A stretch of 32,000 nt of DNA from Candidatus Pacearchaeota archaeon (GCA_026016245.1 CP061211.1:630001-662000), one strand, 5' to 3'; positions 17,732 to 26,709 are shown, numbered from the stretch's first letter. The notes: a model not told the origin generated them from the sequence alone. A program made the numbers and translations.

Positions 17732-18973
17732 ATGCAACTAACTAATCTTAGTGCCAGAAAAATACTTAATTCAAGAAAAGAGGAGACAATCGCTGTAGTT
17801 GCTGAAGTTAAAGGCAAAAAAATTGAGGCTAGCACACCTAATGGAAAGTCAAGAGGAAAGCATGAAGTAAGGGATTTCTCATCAAGAGGAATAGATTTTA
17901 GTGTTTCATTCATAAATGCTCTTGGAAGAAAACTAGTGGCTGAAAAAACAGAATTCGAAAAATTTGGAGATTTAGAGCAAGTAGAAAAATTTGTTAGAAG
18001 ATATGATCAAACCAGAGACCTCAGCTTTGTTGGAGGCAACACTTTATTTGCCCTTGAATCTGCTCTTCTAAAAGCCATGGCTCTTTCCCAAGAACAAGAG
18101 CTGTGGGAATTTTTGCTAGGAAATGGAAAACCAAAACCATCATTGCCAAGACCTTTAGGAAATTGTATTGGTGGTGGGATGCATGTTAATCAAACAAGGA
18201 AGATAGATTTTCAGGAATTTCTTCTTTTACCAAAAACAAAACACTTTTTTGATTCTTATTTCATCAATCTGCAGGCTTATAAAATTGCTAAAGACCTGCT
18301 TAAACAAAAGGATAAGGAGTGGCAAGGAACTCTGACAGATGAAAATGCTCTTGCTTCAACTCTTGATAATGAATCTGCTCTAGCTTTACTCCAGGAAGTT
18401 AGGCAGAAAATAAAAGATAAATTTGATATTGAACTTGAATTAGGGATAGATATGGCTGCTTCTAACTTATTGAGAGGAAAGATCTACAAATATAAAAATT
18501 ACAGCTCAACAAAAAGAGAAAAGAATCTGACAAAAGAAGAACAAATCAATTATGTTACAGATCTTGCAGAAAAATATTCTCTTTCCTATATAGAGGATCC
18601 TTTGCATGAGGAAGATTTTGACGGATTCCACAGATTAAGAAAAAAAATTCCTGATGTTCTTGTTTGTGGTGATGATTTAACAACAACAAATCTTGAAAGA
18701 GTGCAGAAAGCAATAAAAAGCAATGCAATTAATGCCTTGATTATCAAGCCAAATCAGATAGGTTCGCTTATAGAGACAAAAAAAGTTGTGGATCTTGCAA
18801 AAAAACATAATATTACCCTTATCATAAGCCATAGGTCAGGAGAAACAATGGATAATACCATAGCGCATCTTGCAGTTGGCTGGCAAATTCCAATTATTAA
18901 GACAGGAATATTAGGCAAGGAAAGACTAGCAAAGTTAAATGAGCTTTTGAGAATAGAGAGGAGGATAAAATGA
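17732..18973 (+). CDS. eno: Divergent enolase (phosphopyruvate hydratase)-like protein
   Basis: ARKILNSRKEETIAVVAEV, MHVNQTRKIDFQEFLLLP, GIDMAASN, YIEDP, CGDDL, IKPNQIGSLIET, SHRSGETMDNTIAHLAVG. Confidence 0.88.
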   Translation: MQLTNLSARKILNSRKEETIAVVAEVKGKKIEASTPNGKSRGKHEVRDFSSRGIDFSVSFINALGRKLVAEKTEFEKFGDLEQVEKFVRRYDQTRDLSFVGGNTLFALESALLKAMALSQEQELWEFLLGNGKPKPSLPRPLGNCIGGGMHVNQTRKIDFQEFLLLPKTKHFFDSYFINLQAYKIAKDLLKQKDKEWQGTLTDENALASTLDNESALALLQEVRQKIKDKFDIELELGIDMAASNLLRGKIYKYKNYSSTKREKNLTKEEQINYVTDLAEKYSLSYIEDPLHEEDFDGFHRLRKKIPDVLVCGDDLTTTNLERVQKAIKSNAINALIIKPNQIGSLIETKKVVDLAKKHNITLIISHRSGETMDNTIAHLAVGWQIPIIKTGILGKERLAKLNELLRIERRIK

Positions 18974-19689
18974 ACAAAGATATAGATTTGATGATAAAAT
19001 CCATTAAAATTAATAATCCTGGAATCAGCGAGGAAATTCTTAAGGCTTTTAGAGTAGTAGATAGAAAATTTTTTGTTAGGGATGAACCTTACAGAGATGA
19101 ACCAAAACATGTTGCTCATGGACAGACAATAAGCCAGCCTTCAACTGTGGCAAGGATGTTAGTAATGTCGAGACTTGAAAGAGGGATGGATGTTCTTGAA
19201 ATAGGAACTAATACTGGCTACCACGCTGCTCTCGTTGCTTTTTTAGTTTTTCCAAGTTCTGTGATGACTATTGAAATTTTTCCTGATCTTGCTAAAAAAG
19301 CCAAGAAAAATATGGAAAAGTTTCTTATAGGATTGAAAAAAGAAAAGAAAAAAGTTGCAGCCAGATTCTCAAAATTAAATATTTTTGCTGGAGATGCTCT
19401 TGACAAAAAAACTGAGATATGGAATTATAAGTATGATAGAATTTATTTTACAGCAAGTGTTGATTCTAGACAGATTAATGAAGTAAAGAAGATGGCGTTG
19501 AAATTATTAAAAGAAAAAGGCTTGCTTTTATATCCTACAAGAGAGGCTTGGGATTATGGTGCTTTGGAGATATGGCAAAAGAAAGGAAAAAAATTAGAAG
19601 TGGTTAGAAGGGAGGAAGGTTATGCTTTTGTGCCTTTACTTAAAAAAGAAGAACTTGAAGAAATGTATGAGAAGAGAAAATTAAAGTAA
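18970..19689 (+). CDS. pcm: Protein-L-isoaspartate O-methyltransferase
   Basis: HGQTISQPSTVARMLVMSRLERGMDVLEIGTNTGYHAALVAFL. Confidence 0.93.
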   Translation: MNKDIDLMIKSIKINNPGISEEILKAFRVVDRKFFVRDEPYRDEPKHVAHGQTISQPSTVARMLVMSRLERGMDVLEIGTNTGYHAALVAFLVFPSSVMTIEIFPDLAKKAKKNMEKFLIGLKKEKKKVAARFSKLNIFAGDALDKKTEIWNYKYDRIYFTASVDSRQINEVKKMALKLLKEKGLLLYPTREAWDYGALEIWQKKGKKLEVVRREEGYAFVPLLKKEELEEMYEKRKLK

Positions 19690-19690
19690 A

Positions 19691-21493
19691 ATGAAAAAAG
19701 AATTGTTTGGAAAAAGAGGTTTTTTGTTTGGTAATGAAGCTATTGTTAGGGGAGCTCTTGAATCAGGAGTTGGTTATGCTTCTAGTTATCCTGGAACACC
19801 AGCAACTGAGATTGGAGATACTTTTGCTGCAATAGCAAAAGACACTGGGATTTATTTTGAGTGGTCAGTGAATGAGAAAGTTGCTTTAGAAGCTGCAGCA
19901 GGAGCTGTTTTTTCTGGTATTAAGGCTTTAGTGTCGATGAAACATTATGGATTAAATGTAGCTTCTGATAGTTTATTACCTTTAGTTTATCTTGGATGTC
20001 CTTTTGTTGTTGTAGTAGCAGATGATCCTGGAAGCTGGTCGAGTGTACAGGCAGAACAAGATACAAGATGGTTTTCAAGATTAATACATGTGCCAACACT
20101 TGAACCAAGTAACAGTCAGGAAGCAAAAGACATGACAAAATTTGCTTTTCAATTTTCACAAAAACACAAAATTCCTGTTTTAGTAAGGCTAACAACCAGA
20201 ATTTGTTATTCAAAATCTTTAGTTAATTTTGGTAAGATCAAGAAAGGCAAAAAGAAAGGCAAATTTGTGAAAAAAGAATTTAAATTAGGGTCAGCACAGA
20301 CTGTTGCCCTACATAAAAAATTACTTGAAAAACTAAAAAAAATAAGAAAGGACTGTGAAAAATCAAAATTGAATTTTATTGAGGAAGGAAGAGGTAAAAT
20401 TGGAATTATTACTTCTGGTGTTGCCTATATTTATATCAAGGAAGCATTTCAAGAATTAAAAATAAAATTACCTTTACTAAAGTTAGGATTTAGTTATCCT
20501 TTCCCTTCTGATAAAGTCAAAAATTTTCTAAAAAATTTAAAAAAAGTAATTGTTATTGAAGAACTTGATCCAATAATCGAAGAAGAAGTTAAAAAATTCT
20601 CTAAAAAAATAAAAATATATGGCAAGGATTTTTTTTCCGAAGCTGGTGAATTGAAACCTGAAGATATTTTAGTTAATCTAAGTAAAATTCTAGGCAAAAA
20701 AATTGACAGGAACTTAAGTTATAATATTAAAAATTATAAGGAGCCAGAAAAAAGAATTCCTTTCTTTTGTCCAGGATGTCCTCATAGAAGCACATTTTAT
20801 GCTGTCAAAAAAGCTTTAGGAAAGAAAATTTTTGCAGGAGACATAGGCTGTTACATGTTAGGAGTTTATGAACCTTTTAGAATGCAAGATTTTGTTGTAA
20901 GCATGGGGGCTTCTGTTGGTATAAGTCACGGAATTTCTAAGGCAAGTGGACAGAAGCCAGTTATTTTTATTGGGGATAGTACTTTTTTTCATGCAGGCTT
21001 GCCATCCTTATTGAATCTTGTTTATAATAAAGCTAATGCTTTAGTTATTGTTTTAGATAATAGATGGACTGCCATGACAGGACACCAGCCTAATCCAGGT
21101 AGTGGTTTGACTGGAATGAAAAAAGAAACTAAAATAGCAAATATTGAAGAAATTGCCAAAGCTCTTGGAGTAGATTTTGTAAAAACTTCGAATGTCTGGA
21201 ATTTCAGTCAGTTTGTTAAAGATTTAAAGCAAGCTTATAGTATTAAAGGAGTTTCTGTTATTGTAGCTAAAGGCGAATGCAGGCTTGCTTTTATAAGGCA
21301 AGCTGTAAGAAAAGGAATCAAACTTCCTAAATTTAAAATTAAAAAACAAGATAAAAAGTTAGAGCAGTTAAAAGATTTTGGATGTCCTGCAATAAAAAAA
21401 GAAAAAGGTAAATGGTTGATTGATAAAGATTTGTGTTGGAGTTGTTCTATTTGCAAGCAGCTTTTTCCAGATTTAATAGAGGTGGAAAAATGA
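19691..21493 (+). CDS. iorA: Indolepyruvate ferredoxin oxidoreductase alpha subunit, with degenerate C-terminal ferredoxin domain
   Basis: GNEAIVRGALESGVGYASSYPGTPATEIGD; FCPGCPHR; GDIGCYMLG; TPP-binding VFIGDSTFFHAGLPSLLNLVYNKANALVIVLDNRWTAMTGHQPNPG. Confidence 0.93.
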   Translation: MKKELFGKRGFLFGNEAIVRGALESGVGYASSYPGTPATEIGDTFAAIAKDTGIYFEWSVNEKVALEAAAGAVFSGIKALVSMKHYGLNVASDSLLPLVYLGCPFVVVVADDPGSWSSVQAEQDTRWFSRLIHVPTLEPSNSQEAKDMTKFAFQFSQKHKIPVLVRLTTRICYSKSLVNFGKIKKGKKKGKFVKKEFKLGSAQTVALHKKLLEKLKKIRKDCEKSKLNFIEEGRGKIGIITSGVAYIYIKEAFQELKIKLPLLKLGFSYPFPSDKVKNFLKNLKKVIVIEELDPIIEEEVKKFSKKIKIYGKDFFSEAGELKPEDILVNLSKILGKKIDRNLSYNIKNYKEPEKRIPFFCPGCPHRSTFYAVKKALGKKIFAGDIGCYMLGVYEPFRMQDFVVSMGASVGISHGISKASGQKPVIFIGDSTFFHAGLPSLLNLVYNKANALVIVLDNRWTAMTGHQPNPGSGLTGMKKETKIANIEEIAKALGVDFVKTSNVWNFSQFVKDLKQAYSIKGVSVIVAKGECRLAFIRQAVRKGIKLPKFKIKKQDKKLEQLKDFGCPAIKKEKGKWLIDKDLCWSCSICKQLFPDLIEVEK

Positions 21494-21912
21494 AATCAAA
21501 ATTAGTCTCTGCTTGTTTGTTAGGAATCAAATGTGCTTGGGATGGTAAAGATAACCTCAATAAAAAAGTTATTAAATTGTCTAAAAAAGAAATTTTGATT
21601 CCTGTTTGCCCAGAACAACTTGGGGGTCTGTCAACTCCAAGAGAACCTTCAAACCAAAGAGGGAAAAAAGTTGTTTCAAAGTCAGGAAAGGATGTTACCA
21701 AAAATTTTGTGAAAGGAGCTAAAGAAACTTTAAAATTAGCTAAACTATTAAATATTAAAGAAGCGATTTTGAAACAAAAAAGCCCTTCTTGTGGTTGCGG
21801 CCGAATTCATGACGGAACTTTTTCTGGCAAGACTATCGAAGGTGATGGTGTTACTACAACTTTACTTAAAAGGAATGGAATTAAAGTAATTAGTGAGGAG
21901 GAACTGAAATGA
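21490..21912 (+). CDS. DUF523 family protein
   Basis: MKSKLVSACLLGIKCAWDGKDN...IPVCPEQLGGLSTPREP...LKQKSPSCGCGRIHDGTFSG; ATG overlaps the iorA stop (ATGA). Confidence 0.9.
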   Translation: MKSKLVSACLLGIKCAWDGKDNLNKKVIKLSKKEILIPVCPEQLGGLSTPREPSNQRGKKVVSKSGKDVTKNFVKGAKETLKLAKLLNIKEAILKQKSPSCGCGRIHDGTFSGKTIEGDGVTTTLLKRNGIKVISEEELK

Positions 21913-22469
21913 AACCTTTCAACTTGATTGTTGTAGGTTATGGTGGACAAGGAATACTTACCCTTACAGATATAATCAGTAAAGCTGCTCTGAAACAAGG
22001 TTATGATGTAAAAGAAGCTGAACTTCATGGTTTAGCTCAGAGAGGTGGTAGTCTTGATTGTCATGTTCGTTTTGGTGGAGGTATTCATTCGTCTTTAATT
22101 CCAAGAGCTAAAGCAGATTTGATAATTGCTTTAGAAGCACTCGAGGCTTTGAGAGCTTGTTATTGGGTAAATAAAAATACAGTTGTCTTGATAAACTCCA
22201 AAATTTTTAGGTCTTCTTTGAACATGAAAAAAATTTTGAGAGAAATAAAAAAATTTACAAGAAAAATTTATGTTGTGGATGCAGATGAGATAGTCAAGAA
22301 AGAAACTGGAAATATATTAGGAGTTAATATCTTTATGTTAGGTTATGCACTTAAGAAAAAACTCTTACCTTTAAAAAAAGAGAATGTTTGGAAAGCTGTT
22401 GAGGAAAGAATAAGGAAAAGATTTTTGCAGGAGAATAGAAAAATTTTTGAAAAATCTTTTAAATATTGA
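21909..22469 (+). CDS. iorB: Indolepyruvate ferredoxin oxidoreductase beta subunit
   Basis: NLIVVGYGGQGILTLTDIISKAALKQGYDVKEAELHGLAQRGGSLDCHVRFG. Confidence 0.93.
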   Translation: MKPFNLIVVGYGGQGILTLTDIISKAALKQGYDVKEAELHGLAQRGGSLDCHVRFGGGIHSSLIPRAKADLIIALEALEALRACYWVNKNTVVLINSKIFRSSLNMKKILREIKKFTRKIYVVDADEIVKKETGNILGVNIFMLGYALKKKLLPLKKENVWKAVEERIRKRFLQENRKIFEKSFKY

Positions 22470-22515
22470 AAATTTTAAAATTTTCTGATTTTTATTTAAA
22501 AAACTTTCTATTTTT

Positions 22516-22539
22516 GGTTTTGTGAAGTCTTCGGTTGAT
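22516..22539 (+). repeat. Left terminal inverted repeat (24 bp)
   Basis: GGTTTTGTGAAGTCTTCGGTTGAT; perfect reverse complement of 26710-26733. Confidence 0.97.
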
Positions 22540-22559
22540 AAATTTAATAAAAAAAATAA

Positions 22560-22703
22560 TTAACCCTTCTTTTTTCTCGGTCTATTCCAATAAGGGCTTT
22601 TACATTTAGGGCATACTTTTGGCTCTTCCTTGCTATTTCTTCTTGGCATCCAAATATGACCACACCTCTCGCATTTATATCCCTCTATTTTTATCTTTGC
22701 CAT
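22560..22703 (-). CDS. 47-aa two-CxxC zinc-ribbon protein
   Basis: Hand translation: MAKIKIEGYKCERCGHIWMPRRNSKEEPKVCPKCKSPYWNRPRKKKG*; CxxC-x16-CxxC. Not in the ORF track. Confidence 0.8.
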   Translation of the reverse strand: MAKIKIEGYKCERCGHIWMPRRNSKEEPKVCPKCKSPYWNRPRKKKG

Positions 22704-22829
22704 ACCCATAAGTATATTATTTTTAGTATATAAACATTATTGCGATACAAAACATACCTTAAATTTCAATAGTCTTTATATATACCTAATACTATTATAT
22801 TATTAAGAATAGAGGTGATTAAATTCAAA

Positions 22830-23720
22830 ATGAAAAAAATTCAAGGACAAGAATACAAGGAAATTTCTGTCCATAAGGCAGATAAATGTCCTTACTGCAA
22901 GAACAAAAAGATAGTAAAGAATGGCTATCGCTTTAATCATACAAAGAAAAAACAAAGATATATCTGCAAGGAATGTGATAGAACTTTTGTAGTAGATGAT
23001 GGCTTCAAAAAGATGAAGTCAGAAAGAGAACTCATAACCTGCTGTCTTGATTTGTATATGAATGGAATGTCTTTAAGAAAAATTGAAGCTCATATTAATC
23101 AATTCTCACAAGAAAAAATAACTTACAGAAGCATACATAATTGGATTATTAGATATGCTAAACTGCTAAATTCATTCTCGCAAAGCTTTGATTTAAATTT
23201 ATCAAGACAATATCATACAGATGAGATTTTTGTTAAATGCAAGGGAGAACAGCATTATTTCTGGGATATAATTGACAAAGGCACAAGAATGCTCATAGCA
23301 ACACATTACAGCGAGAAGCGAGATAGCAAGAGTGCAAGAATGCTTTTCTTGAAGGTTAAGAACAGACCCTTAACACTATTTACAGATGGCTTACAAGGTT
23401 ATCAGAAAGCAGTAAGAAAGGTATTTGGAACTTTACATAAAGATAGAAAAGTTCAATACATTAGATTAAGAGCTAACAAAGACAAAAGAAATAATATTGT
23501 TGAGAGAATACAAGGAACAATTAGAGAGCGAATTAAAGTTATGAGGGCTTTCAAAAATAAAAAAGATGCTGAATTGTTTTTAGATTTGTTTGTTGTCTAT
23601 TATAATTTTATTCGTGTTCATCAAGGCATAGGAATGACACCAATAGAAAAAGCTGGTGTTGAGCTTGGGCTTGGCGAGAATAAATGGCTTGATTTGATTT
23701 ATAGAGCAAGAGGATTATGA
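22830..23720 (+). CDS. DDE transposase with N-terminal zinc finger (IS6-like/related)
   Basis: CPYCKNKKIVKNGYRFNHTKKKQRYICKECDRTF, catalytic-type YHTDEIFVK / LFTDGLQGYQ / NNIVERIQGTIRERIK, YYNFIRVHQGIGMTPIEKAG. SD GAGGTGAT supports the ATG at 22830 instead of the GTG at 22815. Confidence 0.9.
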   Translation: MKKIQGQEYKEISVHKADKCPYCKNKKIVKNGYRFNHTKKKQRYICKECDRTFVVDDGFKKMKSERELITCCLDLYMNGMSLRKIEAHINQFSQEKITYRSIHNWIIRYAKLLNSFSQSFDLNLSRQYHTDEIFVKCKGEQHYFWDIIDKGTRMLIATHYSEKRDSKSARMLFLKVKNRPLTLFTDGLQGYQKAVRKVFGTLHKDRKVQYIRLRANKDKRNNIVERIQGTIRERIKVMRAFKNKKDAELFLDLFVVYYNFIRVHQGIGMTPIEKAGVELGLGENKWLDLIYRARGL

Positions 23721-26087
23721 ATTTATTTCTAAATATTTGGAATAATTTAAACCTTTTATATAATTCTCAATCCAATCCCAATCTACTTTTCTATTTTTAA
23801 AAGGCAGTTTAATAATTGTTTCTTTAATCCTATCCTGATTGAATTTTCTACCATAAGAATACCTATATTGTTCCATATTTATTATCGTAGCTAAGAATAA
23901 AGCCCTGAATACATTTAAATTGAATTTAGGTATTAATTTCTCTACATGGTCACTTGCAGAGAATTTAAGGGGTTGATAAGAACAAAATCCAATTGTAGCA
24001 CTATCAATTGTTAATACATTCCCCTCATCTGTATAAAAATTATAAAATCCTCTTACTCCGTTATTTGTTGCTTGTGTAGTTACATAAGGATACTTTCCCT
24101 CTTTATACCTTTCTTCAAGAATTTTTTTATCTGTTGTTTTTGAACCCTTAACATCAAATAATTTTTTTAATTGTATAAATTTCCATTTCTTGAAATCTAA
24201 TTTCAATTTTTTATTACTATAACTTTCCCTTGAAACTTTGTCTTGTAATTCATTATGATAAAGAAAAGTAGAGTATTCTCTTAATGTTTTCTCAAAATTT
24301 TTATCTGTTAAATTTTTAAATTTTGTTTTAATATATGGCTCAACTAACAACTCATCATCAAAATCTACGTGTCTTAATATAGAAAACCCTTCAATTTCTT
24401 TTTTATTGAAAAAACTATTTAACCACAATTTTTTTATTTTATCCCGATAAATACCATAATAATCTATTCTGCCATAAGGTCTTACTTTAATAAAGCCATC
24501 ATTTTTCCAGTAACCAAACCATGTTTTAGTATTTTTACTATGTTGTTTATGGGCTTCAAAAATTAAAATACAAGCAACTGCATTTGTATTGCTATCTTCA
24601 AATAAGGTATTAGACATACTCATCACTGCCTTTAAAGTATGTTTCTGTAATAATCTTTTTTTAACTGCTAAATTTCCTTTCTTTGTATTCATAGCACAAG
24701 ATTGAGGCACAATTGCTATACAAATTCCATTAGGTTCTAAAAAAGACAAGGCATTTTCAATAAAGGTTAATTCTTTATGTCCATTCCCTTTTGAATAAGG
24801 GGGATTAAGAAAAGCAATTGTTGGTTTAAATTTTTTAATTTCTTCCTCATTAATCTCAAAACAATCTTGCTGATGTATATTTGATTTTCCATCTCCCCTC
24901 AGCATCATATTTGAACAAGCAAGAACGAACATTTTAGGATTATTTTCAATACCTATTAACTGCTTTTTGTGAATGTGCTTTATTTTTGTTTTATCACCTT
25001 TTGCTTCTTCTTCCATTCTCCTCATAGCACTTATTAAAAAGCCACCAGTTCCACAGCAATTATCAATAATGATACTGTCTTTATTTACTTCTGCGAGGTC
25101 TGAAAATAACTCTGTTATATGTTTTGGTGTTAAAACTATTCCCAAACCACCATCACTATTAGCATACCTTAAAAACTCGTTATAGAATAAACCTAAAATA
25201 TCATGGAATCTATAATTTTGGGAAAATGGTTTGATATTATATTCTACTTCTTTAATTAAATCTTTTAAAAGAGTGTTTGGAGTTCCATCTTTATTTTTTG
25301 CATTTATAATTTTTGTATTTGTTCTCATAAAACCATAAGTCTGGACTATTGTATTTTGTTTAACTCCTTTAATATTATCTCGCTCTAATCTTTCTTTTAT
25401 TGTTGTTATTATCAAATCTGCTATTTCAAGGGGCTTTTCTTTTTTTAAATATGATAAACAAAAGCCCTCATCTTCAAGAGCCAATAAAATTCCACTAACA
25501 ATTAAAGGTCTAAGATTTTCTTCAAATTCAAAATCATCTCTTAATTTTTGATTTAATAATTGTGAATATTCTATTAGTCTTTTAAAATCAACTTTTTCTT
25601 TTATATCATCTTTTTTTAGAATACCAAAATAATCAACAAACTCATAAATTTTTTGTATTTTTAAATCTCTTGCATTTTTTTCTCTTCTTATTTGTAGGTA
25701 AGTATCAATCACAAGTTCTTTTTTAGTTTGTCCAGAAGCCCCAATAGAAATAACATCAAATTCTTTTGATAAATAAGAAGAATAAAGCAAAACACCATCA
25801 ACAGCGTATGTATCATATTTATCTAAATTTTTACTTTTATGGTATTTTATATCTCCTTTGCATTCTACCACAATTATTAAATCCTTATTTGGAAAGCTTA
25901 TAATAAATTCTGGATACCCCATTCCACTTCCTTTTTTAGAAGCGGTCTTAAGAAGTTTATCTATTCGTGGATTGTCTGATTTTTGTTCTTCTATAATAAC
26001 TGATTGTTCTGTTTCCTTTTCATATTCATTTTTATTTTTATATAAAATATCTCTTATAATCTTTTCAGTTTTTCTTTCATTAACCAT
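23715..26087 (-). CDS. Single-chain restriction-modification protein: N-terminal PD-(D/E)XK-like nuclease, N6-adenine methylase, C-terminal target-recognition domain (Type IIG-like)
   Basis: PEFIISFPNKDLIIVVECKGD (ExK), motif I DNCCGTGGFLISAM, motif IV FLNPPYSKG, C-terminal YPYVTTQATNNGVRGFY...VLTIDSATIGFCSYQPLKFSASDHVEKLIP resembling S-subunit TRDs. Confidence 0.88.
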   Translation of the reverse strand: MVNERKTEKIIRDILYKNKNEYEKETEQSVIIEEQKSDNPRIDKLLKTASKKGSGMGYPEFIISFPNKDLIIVVECKGDIKYHKSKNLDKYDTYAVDGVLLYSSYLSKEFDVISIGASGQTKKELVIDTYLQIRREKNARDLKIQKIYEFVDYFGILKKDDIKEKVDFKRLIEYSQLLNQKLRDDFEFEENLRPLIVSGILLALEDEGFCLSYLKKEKPLEIADLIITTIKERLERDNIKGVKQNTIVQTYGFMRTNTKIINAKNKDGTPNTLLKDLIKEVEYNIKPFSQNYRFHDILGLFYNEFLRYANSDGGLGIVLTPKHITELFSDLAEVNKDSIIIDNCCGTGGFLISAMRRMEEEAKGDKTKIKHIHKKQLIGIENNPKMFVLACSNMMLRGDGKSNIHQQDCFEINEEEIKKFKPTIAFLNPPYSKGNGHKELTFIENALSFLEPNGICIAIVPQSCAMNTKKGNLAVKKRLLQKHTLKAVMSMSNTLFEDSNTNAVACILIFEAHKQHSKNTKTWFGYWKNDGFIKVRPYGRIDYYGIYRDKIKKLWLNSFFNKKEIEGFSILRHVDFDDELLVEPYIKTKFKNLTDKNFEKTLREYSTFLYHNELQDKVSRESYSNKKLKLDFKKWKFIQLKKLFDVKGSKTTDKKILEERYKEGKYPYVTTQATNNGVRGFYNFYTDEGNVLTIDSATIGFCSYQPLKFSASDHVEKLIPKFNLNVFRALFLATIINMEQYRYSYGRKFNQDRIKETIIKLPFKNRKVDWDWIENYIKGLNYSKYLEINS

Positions 26088-26196
26088 TCTAAACCTTTTT
26101 TTATAAAGGGATGGGCTTTCTTAAATGTTCCGTATGGAATGTTATTCCTTTTTAGTCAATAAAAAATTATAAAAGGTTTGATTTTTAAATATAAAT

Positions 26197-26343
26197 ATGG
26201 CAGACATTTGTGAAAACTGTAAAAAGGCTATCAAAGATGATATGAAGAAATTAGTCAGTCAGAATGATAGCGAAGAAAATATTTATTTTTGTAGCTGGAA
26301 GTGTCATGAAGAGTTTGAAGAAAAAATTAACGGGAAAAAATAA
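26197..26343 (+). CDS. 48-aa Cys-rich protein with FCS-like C-terminal motif
   Basis: Hand translation: MADICENCKKAIKDDMKKLVSQNDSEENIYFCSWKCHEEFEEKINGKK*; CxxC and CxxxCH pairs; stop immediately abuts the ATG of the next ORF. Not in the ORF track. Confidence 0.75.
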   Translation: MADICENCKKAIKDDMKKLVSQNDSEENIYFCSWKCHEEFEEKINGKK

Positions 26344-26676
26344 ATGAATAAAACCAAAATTAAAATTTTCTTGAAAATTACCAAAATAATAAATAAGAAG
26401 TTTTGTAAAGATAAGCTTGAGATTAATAAGATAGTATTTTTTAATGGAAAACACAAAGGTAAGAAAAATGATGGCTATTATGCAGTAAATAGTAAAATAA
26501 TAGGTATAAGCAAAAAAGAGCCATTATTTTGCCAGATTAGGACATTACTACATGAACTTACTCATGCTTACCAAAATCAGATTATGAATTGCAAAGGAAA
26601 GCATAATAAACAAGGAGAAAGAGTATTTTATAAATTTATGAAAGAGATAGATAAAACATTAAAGATTTCTGTGTAA
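26344..26676 (+). CDS. SprT-like/zincin-type putative metalloprotein
   Basis: HExxH in LLHELTHAYQNQ; 110 aa, translationally coupled to the 48-aa Cys-rich ORF. Confidence 0.7.
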   Translation: MNKTKIKIFLKITKIINKKFCKDKLEINKIVFFNGKHKGKKNDGYYAVNSKIIGISKKEPLFCQIRTLLHELTHAYQNQIMNCKGKHNKQGERVFYKFMKEIDKTLKISV

Positions 26677-26709
26677 ATATGATATTCACTTAATTTTTTT
26701 ATCCATTCC

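Noticed and set aside
16326-19406. Minus-strand ORFs 16326..16568, 17719..17913, 18754..19119 and 19218..19406
   Set aside because: All antisense to high-confidence housekeeping genes, with no domain evidence.
19920-20213. Second-frame 97-aa ORF in iorA
   Set aside because: Nested in the conserved iorA frame; no recognisable protein features.
24973-26106. Plus-strand ORFs 24973..25185 and 25858..26106
   Set aside because: Antisense to the methylase/nuclease gene, whose motifs (NPPY, GTGGF, ExK) are clear.
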